A DNA stretch of 64,000 bases, taken from the NCBI GenBank assembly GCA_017499595.2, contig CM039009.1, forward strand, positions 2,356,001 to 2,420,000, in the 5' to 3' direction. Positions 53,715 through 64,000 of this stretch are shown one piece after another (position 1 is the first letter of the stretch; each line of letters begins with the position of its first letter). This DNA is from Psilocybe cubensis. Its lineage: Eukaryota. Under the pieces are notes generated by a model. It saw nothing but the letters and a program-made list of their open reading frames with translations. It made no database searches and was not told the origin of the DNA. The position numbers and the translations under genes are program-made.

Positions 53715-55636
53715 GGGCACCAGGAAATCAGCGTGGTTAGCCCGCGTGCGACATATTTTTGCGTGCCACGCGTAAATGTCAATCAATAAATTTGCGTGTC
53801 CTTCATATGACTTTGCGTGCAAAATGCTAGATGTCGCGTGTGCATGATATGTAAATGCGTGCAGCATCGTTGAGGTACCGTGCTATTTGCGTGCAACTTT
53901 CTGTATAAAATTCACATGAAGAGCAGTGTACATTACGCTGTTTTCTGCAAGGAATGCAGTATGCTAGCCATCCAGTTGTACCTAAATGATTCATTCTCAA
54001 CCAGATAAAACTACTTAATTGAGGGTCTAATAATGGTTTAGCGAGCCTTGATCCATTGTTTTGGAATAAGGGCTCAGCCTACTAAGCCGAGGCTAGATAT
54101 TTCTGCCTTTAATATCTATGGATTAGGGGCCACATGTGTTATTGGATGAACTATCAATGGGGATACGGGGTTGGGAGAACGTTTTGATATTTACATCTAT
54201 GCAGGAAGTTAGAGGGAAAGGGTAGTTGGAATGTTACTTTAATATATCCGAATTGTGTTTCAAAATACCCATTCCCATTACGATGTCTAATGTTGTCACC
54301 AAGCGCCTCTTAGAGGAACAGGATTATAATCCCTTTTATCCTCCATTATTCACTGACTTCTTGCATTAGTAACCGACGGGGTTAGTCACAACAAACTGGA
54401 GTGAAAACACGGGACCGTCGGGGGAGAGACGCCGTTCGTTGTATAAATCGAGGAGATTCAAACCAGAAATTCCGATAAAACGACGCACTCACACGGCGTT
54501 CATCTTGCTCGGACGACTAAGAAGACCCGGTACTACGAGTGCTCCGCCGCGCGCACTTCGGTTTGCATCGTGCATGGCTTGGATACGGAATCCTTGTCAC
54601 AGTAGCTTGGTTTACTGTCGGACTTGGGAAAGATTTTATTTGTTGCCTTAACAAGCAATCTTCCCAGACGGTGAGGTATTTGCATGGCATAATTTGTAAT
54701 TGCTTCTTTGAAACAGTGCAATCTTTAGTTTCACTTTTTGCTTTCTTTAAGAGCTTTGAAACATATATTTAATGGCACATCCAGATATATTTTGCAGAGG
54801 AATATTCCAAAACGCAATATTTCATACTCGCGTGCACGGTAAAACTGTTTGCGGGGTCGTCGCGTGCAGATCACAACTGTCTGCGTGTCGATTGCACGCA
54901 TTTAGTTGGGTCGCGTGCCGTCGCGGGCCATCGCGTTTCATCGCGTGTACGTGGGAAAATGGGTTGCGTGCTGCTTGCGTGGCAAGTGCGTGAAAACGAG
55001 TGCACCTAGCGTGCTGTGGTGTCACGCTGGTGGTTGTTCAACGATATAAATGCATGTCAAAAAAGCAAAATTGTGGTTTTTCTTTCAAGTTGACGAGGTG
55101 ATCGGATGTTACCGATCATAAACGGCTGCCGTTTGCAATGCCGACGCTTGGTTGCTGCGTCGGAGATTGATGCGAGGCACATGCCGAGGGCCACGGCATA
55201 CGAAAGTCGTGCCTCGAGTTCGTGTATACTAGATGGGTTTTGTAAGAATGATTCTCCGTTGAAGTTCTACTGGAGCCAGAACCTCAAACACACAAAATTT
55301 TCATGTATTATAGACCTGTAAAGGCATTATATAAATAAAATACAACATCAACCATGCAACCATCTGCATCCTGTTAGCACTGTTTGATACCCGTGTGGTG
55401 GCTACGCATGAACTGGTATAGCACAAGAGGATACTGTCATTGGCACATACCAATATACATAAATGAACGCTGACGAGAACCATTATATTACAGCCTTACG
55501 TGTGACACAACTGTGACATTGCGTGCAGAACACATCAATATGCGTGCAGAACATAGTTGTTGCGCAAAAATGCGTGTCACGCAGGCACACGCAAAAACGC
55601 ACGCACGCGAGCAGCCACGCTGATTTCTGTATGCCC
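53715..55636. mobile_element. Non-autonomous Mutator-like (MULE) DNA transposon
   Basis: 9-bp direct repeat ATATAGTGA at 53706-53714 and 55637-55645. Imperfect TIRs GGGCACCAGGAAATCAGCGTGG and, on the reverse strand, GGGCATACAGAAATCAGCGTGG. Dense subterminal GCGTG repeats. No transposase ORF. Confidence 0.82.
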
Positions 55637-55655
55637 ATATAGTGAGCTTGTAAAT

Positions 55656-56140
55656 CTAATCAGATGTGTAAAACATACGTTTCAATGGAAGTACGTGAGC
55701 AAAGATGCCTTCATCAACCCACCCAGATCCCACTGCGAGCATAGCATCCCTCTCCCTCTCAAAGATCGTGTACCAGTGGTCGCCAACGCTTGGCTTGGAA
55801 AGCTCGTACAATGGAACAGTTCCACACTCCTTCCTCTCCTTGGCATACATATATGCCCTAATACCGTTGTTCGCAAGTCCACTCGGCGCGGGGACAGAGC
55901 CGTCTGCCGAGAGGACGTACTGATAGTCGGTCGTAGATGGGTTAAAAAAAAAGATAAACCGGGACAGTGGAGTTTTGTGGGGTCGCCCACGCGCAGAAAT
56001 TGTCTCCCTGGAAGGTCCACTCTGCAGCACTGGCTGGTACATCGTTGTTGACAAAGAGCCAGCGCTGGTCGACATTGTGGGTGGTGCGACCTGCATCCCA
56101 CATGGTCACGTATCGCGCAGTGAGCTTGGGGTCTGCACAT
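55656..56140 (-). pseudogene. DUF5648-like repeat protein, frameshifted and apparently 5'-truncated
   Basis: CADPKLTARYV...STVPVYLFF is broken at a 9-nt A run (55944-55952). It continues NPSTTDYQYVL...TVPLYELSKPSVGDHWYTIFERERDAML..GWVDEGIFAHV. Confidence 0.7.
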
Positions 56141-56894
56141 TTATCTTTGTTTGAAGACTTTAGAAGGAATTAATGGAGACGTTTTTCAACATCACAATAA
56201 AATGACGAACTGGTGATTTTTCTGGGGTGGTGGAGGCAGCCTCAGCACCCAGGCTGAAGAAGCACAGGATGACTGAGAGTCCGCTTGTCAAGACAGTTTT
56301 TAATAACATTGCAGGTAAGTTGTTTCTTGCGTATGTGCACTGAGGATTGGTGTATTGGGTGAATTGGATGGATGTGCGTCGTTAAATAACAATCTTTGTA
56401 ATGAGCTAAATTTATTGTGTGAGCTATTTGAGGTTTAGAAGCCTTCTCAACTTGGCTACTCTGTCCTAATACGCGTCCTAGTGTCATGTATTCAATTCTT
56501 CAACTTCCCTAGTGGAACAAATATGACGACCATCCAACATCCAGCATTAGCCCGTGAATTAATGACCGGGGATTGTAGTTTGCCTGTTCTAATTGATTAT
56601 TGCATTCACGTTATGCAGCTTCAAGTCTGAAGTAGACGAAATAGAATGAACTAGTCAATACCTGCACACAATATCATAGCATCCTTCAATTTACAGCTCA
56701 TACTAAACAGTTCTAGAAACAGTTACGTACTTTTCCCAATATCAAAAATACCTCAAAATGCTACTGTGTTACTCTGAGGCTCTAAGATTCCAAATCAATA
56801 ACATTGTTTTTAGCTTAATCATCTAAACTTATTCTACGATCAAAATAGAATTTAACTTTAAAACATGGAAGACCAAAGTCAAGGCTAAATGGGT

Positions 56895-57593
56895 TCATGG
56901 ATTACCATACCAGCGAAACTTTGGAGAAAGACAAGGTGGCGTAAATCTAGGGGGTCCTGGGATCGACGGAGGCGTGTTTCTAGGGGGATCTAGGGTCGAA
57001 GTGGAGGTTGAAGTTGAAGTTGAGGTGAAAGTTGAAGTTGAAGTTGAAGTTGAAGTTGAAATAGAAGTCGGTTTCCCTTCAACAAACAGATCTATACAAG
57101 CGTAAAACGCATTCTCGGTATCCCCAATGCTCCAACGTGCAAGGATGGTGTGTTTTCCCTTGATGCCTTTCAAAGGAACGAGTTGGGTGGTAGGGTTGGC
57201 GGGAATAGTATTAAACGCCTGAACGGAAAGGAGTAAGGTATTGTTCTGGGTGAGAACAAAGTATTCCCAAGACTGGGTGCGGTGCGCTGTTGTGAGAACC
57301 CAGGTCATGTTGAGAGAGTCGACGCCGGGGGGAACGACGAGGAAATGATCTGCCCATAATGCCTCATCGGCAAGCTCGTGAAATCGGTCTCCACCGCCGT
57401 CGCAGCGGAAGGATCCTTTCTTGGCCTCCACGCTCTGAGGCTCCCATTGAATGTTTCCGCATCCAGGAACCTCACGCTTCTGGCAGCGCTCCTGTCGACT
57501 GGGCGGTATGGTAACATGACCGTGGCCCATTGCGGGAACCACCGCATTCATCGCCGCAACGACAAGGAACGCAACACTAATGACTTTGAACAT
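56895..57593 (-). CDS. AA10 lytic polysaccharide monooxygenase, intronless, secreted, with a (ST)n/Pro-rich tail
   Basis: Signal peptide, then HGHVTIPPSRQERC, WEPQSVEA, LTTAHRT and WSIGDTENAFYACIDL. A GTTGAA microsatellite encodes STSTST. Confidence 0.93.
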   Translation of the reverse strand: MFKVISVAFLVVAAMNAVVPAMGHGHVTIPPSRQERCQKREVPGCGNIQWEPQSVEAKKGSFRCDGGGDRFHELADEALWADHFLVVPPGVDSLNMTWVLTTAHRTQSWEYFVLTQNNTLLLSVQAFNTIPANPTTQLVPLKGIKGKHTILARWSIGDTENAFYACIDLFVEGKPTSISTSTSTSTSTFTSTSTSTSTSTLDPPRNTPPSIPGPPRFTPPCLSPKFRWYGNP

Positions 57594-58952
57594 GAGGTTC
57601 TTCCAGATCGTGGTTAGTATGAGCTGTTTGCAAAGCTATACGAGAGACTGCACACCTGTGGATATCGGCAGAGGGAAATATGAAAGTAGAAAATGCTGCC
57701 CAGACCTCCAGTTTATGTATTTTCTACAACCAGAAAAGAGGAACAACGTCGTTGTATCCGACACATTCATATGTTTTAGTAAAGTCTCTGAGGCAGGGCG
57801 ACTTGTAGACGCTGAAACTCTGTGCCCTATCTGTTAGCCAGTGTGGTAGAAATGTGAATTGACATCGCTTTTACGACAAGCGTGGACGGAAGATATCGTA
57901 GTGATGTATCTGGTTTCTTATTCAAATCAATGGGAGTGAATTAAGCCCCACAGACTATTAAACCTTTGGACGTTTGCCTTACCGTCACACGGTGAAACAT
58001 TCATATGAATGCAACACATTAGTGCAATAAAATCTGATGAAGGCAGTTTGACTACCACCTCCTCACGCATGAAAACCACTTCCCAGCTCACGCCCTCATG
58101 CAACTACTATCAATGCCGCTTCGTTTTTGGTCGAGGCATAACTTGCTTACCCATGGACGGAACATGCTGTATGTCTACGCCTGCTGCCCCTTGATGGATA
58201 TCACCGTCTCCCTGAGGCAGGGTGATCTCGATTGATGTCTGGTTGTGGGATGATGATCAATGTTTGACTTGGGTGCATGCTTAATTGTTCAACACAATCT
58301 CTTATATCCGAACGCTACGTAAGTGTAGGTCCCGACGATTGATGCAACACCGGAACGAATAAGTACCGGAGACAAAGCTGGGAAACATAACACATAATGG
58401 GCGTTAATGGTGTTTGGATTGATTTCACTTGCATAGGTTTCGAATAACAGTACTAAGTCTGTAGTTGCTGAAAGGTCTTGAAACCCATTTTCGACAACAA
58501 GGATAGGCGTTTGTACACACAATACCCTCATGTAATATTTTATCCTTTGACTCGATTTCCGTACACTGCGGGACCGGAATGTGAACCCTCCGTACATTTC
58601 AGGTACTCAGGCAACGCTCCTGTAATTAACTCTCGTAGTTCAGTTTTTCTATATGAATTCAGAAAAGATTCTAAAAAAAAACATGATACTGCAATACAAT
58701 CATGTCACTGACGTACAAGTAGGCCAGTCTAGACAGGGCCAATCTTGTCCTATGTACTCCCAGGCCTCTAGATATCCATCCCCATGCAATATTTACTTGC
58801 GTTTCATCAGACTAAATTTCCGTTCTGTCAATTATTTCTCTTAGTCATGGCAACACCAAAGGCCTATAAAATGTGCACGACATTTTTTATCTCCTCCTTA
58901 CCTTCACTACCAAGCTCCAACACTCTAGTGTCCTTCTTGTAATTGCAACAAT

Positions 58953-59976
58953 ATGACCGCCGACTCCAGCACCGACCAAGAAAGGAGGATTTCATTCTAT
59001 TACGATGAACTGGACAAAGAAGTCGAGTTGGTATTAGCGTTCGGCTCCGCTCAAGATTCCTACGGAGACACGGAATCTCTCTGCTGGAGCAAGTGATGCG
59101 CATCTTGGAATATTCAACAAATGCTGACTTCATTTACACAGGGGTAGTAAAATGGAGAGCCCATTGCGGCCCCGGTGTAGCGACTTTCACGTACACTGGA
59201 AAAACAGGCTTTGCTATCCCAAGTGTCAGTTTTAACCTGGCGATCATACAGCTTTGAAAGTAGCTTATGTATAGCGTGTCTGTAGGCTGATACCGGACGC
59301 GTTGTAGATGGATCGCCCACGGTTCTTTGCCAGGTATAATTAAACATCATTTGGCGCATTTGCGATACCAATTGATATTTTTATCTAGGCTGGCCAGCGA
59401 TGCACAATGGCGACGAATGATGAAGGCAAAAACTATTTCACGCCTGCAGTTGATGATGATAATCTCCGAGCTATTTCATGCCACATTAAAACTGCGTCCC
59501 CGGCTGATATCGCTTTTGTATGTCAATTGTTTACATTCCTCACTTGGTATACCGTGTTGCTTAAACCTTTGATTTGTAGGGAACAACGAATGGGCTTAAC
59601 GACAAAGAAATACTACCCATAATGAGGTACAGAAACCTTGGGTACGTTAGAGCGGTCTAATCATTCTGTTCCCACATTGATTCCCTAACTGCGCTACCTA
59701 GGCCGGATTGTACCCTTTCCGTGAAATTAACTCCTATCTTGCGCGTCTATGCCGTTAAGGGGTACCATGGTGAGCCAGTCCTCTGTGAACTGCGTTTATA
59801 CGTGACTCTGAACATATCCTGTTGATTAATAAATAGGTCAAGATGTTATCACTCCAGACTTAGACTCGAACGTAGTACTTAGTGTGGACCTTACCTCACT
59901 TCCTCAATTTACGCAATGGGGTGTTTCCTTTGACAAGGATAGCGACCGCGTCATAATTACGCGTCAAACTGATTAA
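58953..59976 (+). CDS. Uncharacterised family X, paralog 6 (spliced; first intron GC-AG)
   Basis: RRISFYYDELDKEVELVLAF...SLCW, YTGKTGFAIPS, GQRCTMATNDEGKNYFT, VKLTPILRVYAVKGYH, then ...RVIITRQTD*. Confidence 0.8.
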
Positions 59977-61445
59977 TAATTTCCATTTCATAATGTCTAC
60001 GTACTTTGACGCTAGTACCAACTTCGTCGTTAAACATTTTCATATAGCATACAATTTTTGTGTCGCGCGTTGAGAAATTGGATGCATGTTGACGCCTATG
60101 CCTGATCACCGGTGTGTCCATAGAAATCTAAATATATTCAAGTCGATTTGTGGGAAACGGCGTCTAGGGAAAGTGTGAGCGTTGAACATCAACAGATTGG
60201 CATTTGATAGGTCAAAGGAATAGCTACCCCTCCTGTTTTATCTTTCACAATGATATTCCTGCACCCATCTTTCCACGCCCCTATCCCGTACGTAAGAGAT
60301 ACTGTGAATGCTTGAATATGGGTCCTCGGGGATCGGGCCAGCACACCATGATCGATATATGCGGATCTCCCTTGTGAATTACAAGCATCAAGGGGCTGGT
60401 TTGGCTGACGCGACCAGATGACGATGTATGCGTGTACTTGGTGGTTTGTATTGATGAGAAGATCGGCTATCAGAGAGGCCAGGTGCATCCCAGGCAGATG
60501 TATCGAATGCGCGGGCTGTTGTCTGATGAGAACGAGGAGGAACTGTAGTCGAGAACGTGGGAGGAACCATACTCGATCGCGGATTGAGATACGGAAGCGG
60601 AGGCTCGTATGAGTGAGGAGGGGGGGAGCTCATGATACTCATCCACACTCGCCACTTTGAGGACAAAGCAGGGTGGTAAATGAGCGAAGAAGGGAAAGGG
60701 GGTGTTATGTATAGAGAAAATGGGATGATGAACGGACATACTGCTTAGGAAACGGATTACCCTCTCAATACCGAGTGGCCAAAGGCCAATAGCATCTCTA
60801 CACAGGTTCTGCTCACACAGCGCGGTTTGACCGGTCGGGGTGCAGTTCGAACCTTTTCGCAATGGACCACGGGGGAGTGTGAAGGGAGGTGCTGAGTTTG
60901 GTTGACACGCGTGGTGTTTTTCCGCGCCTTGGGTAATTAGTGAGACAAGTATACGTCTGTGTAGGCACTCTACCACTTCAAACTCCAAGAAAGCGATAAT
61001 AAGAGTATGAAAAACGATGACGGACTTGTCAAGATGAAGTCTGAATGCACATCTTAGCTGAAAGACGTCACTAATCGACATAAGACATGACATCAGGGAG
61101 TAGGGTTATGAGATAGTCGTACACGATACTCAAGCAGTGAGTGCCTTGAATTGTTATATCGTCCAAGCGTTTCCTGGGATCCATGTTGAATTTGCATTTT
61201 CGCCACTAAGTTTCCCACAGTTTATTCTCCACTTGAATGTCTGGACTCAGATTGATCAAGACAGGCGGACTCCGACTTCTGCAACCATACAAAGTCAACA
61301 ATGTGCTTTTAGGACACTTATAATTGACTACAGGATCATAGCGGCTATAAATTTGCAGTAAGTGGCGAGTAGATAAGCAAATAGTATGGGATTTATTGAA
61401 TAAAATATTTAACGACGGGGCATAGACCAGCGTCAGGTACACAAA

Positions 61446-62414
61446 CTACGCGCGGACAATCTTGATCTCCTTGCTGACTGGGTCACGGATGACATTCCAG
61501 TTAGTCTCGTGAGGAAGCGTCATCAGATCTACCTCAAACTTGACTTCAGAATGCACATCGCCTTTGATGATTTCACTCGCTGTGGATTGAAATTCAGTAA
61601 CTGAGACGGCTTGGGTCAAGCGAATATTTACCTTGGTAGTCGCTAACAGCGTATATCTTAAGGATGGGTGTAAGCCTGACAGCCAATGTGCTTCCTATTC
61701 TGAAAACGAAGATCGGATATGAGCCCAATCTGCCCTGGAAGGTAAAGCGATACATACCCCAGGCCAGTCCACTTGAATACAGGGTTGACAGTAGTTTTGT
61801 CTGCATTAAACAGACCCTGAGAGGATATTTCAGAGTCCAGTATTTTGAAGAACGATTACTCGACGTACAAATGCAACCTCGGCCGGTGTGGATGTTTGAA
61901 CTTTACATTGAACAACGCCCTTGGATCCGACTGCCGCCTTTGTAAGGTAATTGTTTCCCTTGTCGTTGGTCATTAATGCACATAGTTCCCCAGTCTGTGG
62001 AAGATGAGTGTCAAAAACAGAATATGACCTGCAGCAATAAACATGTACCTCGCAACTCTCTACATTATATGCAGAGACAATGTTGTCAGTATCTTTCTGT
62101 GAGGATGATTTAGATTTCATTCGGCAATGTGACCGATATTAATTGACTTACTTGAGGAGCCACGAATGCAGTGCTGGCGCTGTAGTGAACCGTGGCTGCA
62201 CTGACACCGGATGAGTGAAACTGTAGGACCTCTGTGTTATATGTTAGCTGCGAAGTTGAAATTTACAATGAAACAACTTACTCCAGCAAACGGGGTACAA
62301 GTCTGAGTACAGCTTTCCCTCAGCTGGCGGGGTGAACATAAGCATCAAGTCGATCTCCTTTCCGAGGTTGTTTGCCCTGAAGGTGAGCTGTCTGGCATTT
62401 CCAGTGATAGGCAT
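61446..62414 (-). CDS. Uncharacterised family X, paralog 7 (spliced)
   Basis: MPITGNARQLTFRANNLGKEIDLMLMFTPPAEGKLYSDLYPVCW, YSASTAFVAPQ, GELCALMTNDKGNNYLT, RLTPILKIYAVSDYQ, then ...EIKIVRA*. TATA-like tataaa upstream. Confidence 0.86.
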
Positions 62415-63615
62415 TGCGAATGAGGGAGAATTGACGAAAAGAGTCGTTGCAATTTGAGATGGAAATGTCTCCTGGAGCGACTTTCCAATTTATACCATTC
62501 AGGCGCTCATGTACGCTTGGTGTAAGATTCCAGATCTGTGTTTGTTCGAGCATCTTTAGTGTAACACAAGACTCTCGGCGATAGAGGAGTGCCGGACCAA
62601 CGTCTTTTTAAACGATGTCGATACAATTTGACTTGCCATACGCTCCCCTGGTTTGATATAAAGTAAGCCGATTGATAAACGCCTGCACCTACATGATAGG
62701 TGTTCCTTGATCTCGAGGGCTACTTACCGCATGTCGATCAATTTCCCCATAATGATGAAGGAGCACAAACATTACCGGAACCGCGTAGCCACTTAGGCAC
62801 CAATGTAATGGTACAGGAACAAACACCAAGTTTATTTTACACTTTCAAAAACTTAAGACCCTTGCACGTAAACATGTCCCATCATTTTGGTATTACTTAA
62901 CACAATTGTCACCACCTCGTGTGTAGTACAGGAGTACCGGACCATCAAATCTCCGAGTCTTTACGAGAAATCCGGATTCCATATTGGTGACAGAGAGTGG
63001 GAAAGTCAGTCATGCCCTGACCTGATCGCTCTAATATCCCAGAATGGATACCCCCGTATGGATGTGGGCGTTAAATTCTGCGGGAGAGCAGGTGTGTGTC
63101 CTGGGTTCGAGGCATACTGCGGTCAATGAATAACATCGGAATACATGTGTCTTCAGACAATGTTTCGACGTCCACTACACCATATTTTTATTAATTTTGC
63201 TGCTGTCGTCGTTTATTTTGTGCCTTAATGCTCTTTAGTTCACGTTGCTGTACCAAAATGTCTGCATTATGTGCCTCTTACCCTGGTATCTTCCATGCTC
63301 ACTTCAGTATGAATGGTTTTCGGTTTTGTAATTACGTGCTCACAGATAAACACTGACGCTGCGACGATGAATCGGAGACCCCTAATGTTTACATCATATC
63401 CGCATTAAAAAATAGCATTTCCAATGTTGAGCATGTACCATAAGAATTATGGGAAACGGAGAAGGCATTGGTTTTCGCAATCAGTTCAAATTGCACATTT
63501 TGGAAAACTGGAAAGACTTATGTCTCCATTAAAATTGATGAAAAGCGCTATGAATAGGGTACTAGGAAACTATTTAACGACGAGACATAGGTCAACGTCC
63601 GCCTAATATACGTGA

Positions 63616-64000
63616 CTACTTGGCGCGCACAATCTTCAACTGCAAGCTGCTAGGATCACGGACAACATTCCAGGTAGTTTCGTGAGGGAGTTGAGTAAGG
63701 TCTTGCCTAAACAACTCGTCCGTGTTGACATTTGCTGTCAAGATTTCGCTAGCTGTATCATCCACATATTGTCAGCCAAATCTTGTACGGTGATAGATAT
63801 GAATTAATGCTGTACTTACAATGATAGTCGCTGACCCCATAGATTCTCAATACGGGGGTGAGTTTTACAGCCAGAGTGGAATCGACACTGAAAAACGGGC
63901 ACTGTGAATGAAGACGTTCTGGGGGGTAAAGCCTCAAGTAGTAGCTTACCCAAGTCCGGTCCATTTAAAGATGGGTGCAACCGACTGATCCTTGCCCATG
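63616..64000 (-). CDS. Uncharacterised family X, paralog 8 (3' part; the gene continues beyond the window)
   Basis: PIFKWTGL|..KLTPVLRIYGVSDYH|SEILTANV...LTQLPHETTWNVVRDP...LKIVRAK*. Confidence 0.82.

Noticed and set aside
60189-61093. Possible gene or solo LTR between paralogs 6 and 7
   Set aside because: The ORFs lack motifs, and I found no terminal repeats or TSD.
62320-62553. ORF MLEQTQIW... as the start of paralog 7
   Set aside because: Wrong frame. The family motif starts at ATG 62414 in another frame, and this ORF spans the TATA-like box.

Overview
Intron-rich fungal genomic DNA; short GT-AG introns, a class I hydrophobin and DUF6534-type genes point to an agaric basidiomycete. No rRNA, tRNA or CRISPR was seen. 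The left end (2.9-11.5 kb) holds a compact cluster of two head-to-head gene pairs: GT15 mannosyltransferase with a GDP-sugar transporter, and a carrier-less, tail-anchored adenylation enzyme with a free-standing HxxxDG acyltransferase. I propose this as a candidate undescribed glycan-acylation pathway. The middle has two small secreted Cys-containing proteins, a PLD-family enzyme, a hydrophobin, DAK, a DUF6534 protein, a cupredoxin-like protein and CBP3. From about 26 kb onward the region is accessory-like. It carries eight paralogs of a family I do not recognise (about 210-240 aa, no signal peptide, shared intron positions) that the ORF track largely misses, an intronless Tri101-like acetyltransferase, two intronless bacterial-type AA10 LPMOs plus a third gene fragment, a non-autonomous Mutator-like element with a 9-bp TSD, and a frameshifted DUF5648-like gene. 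Spliced gene models were assembled by eye and family calls come from motif recognition, not database searches.
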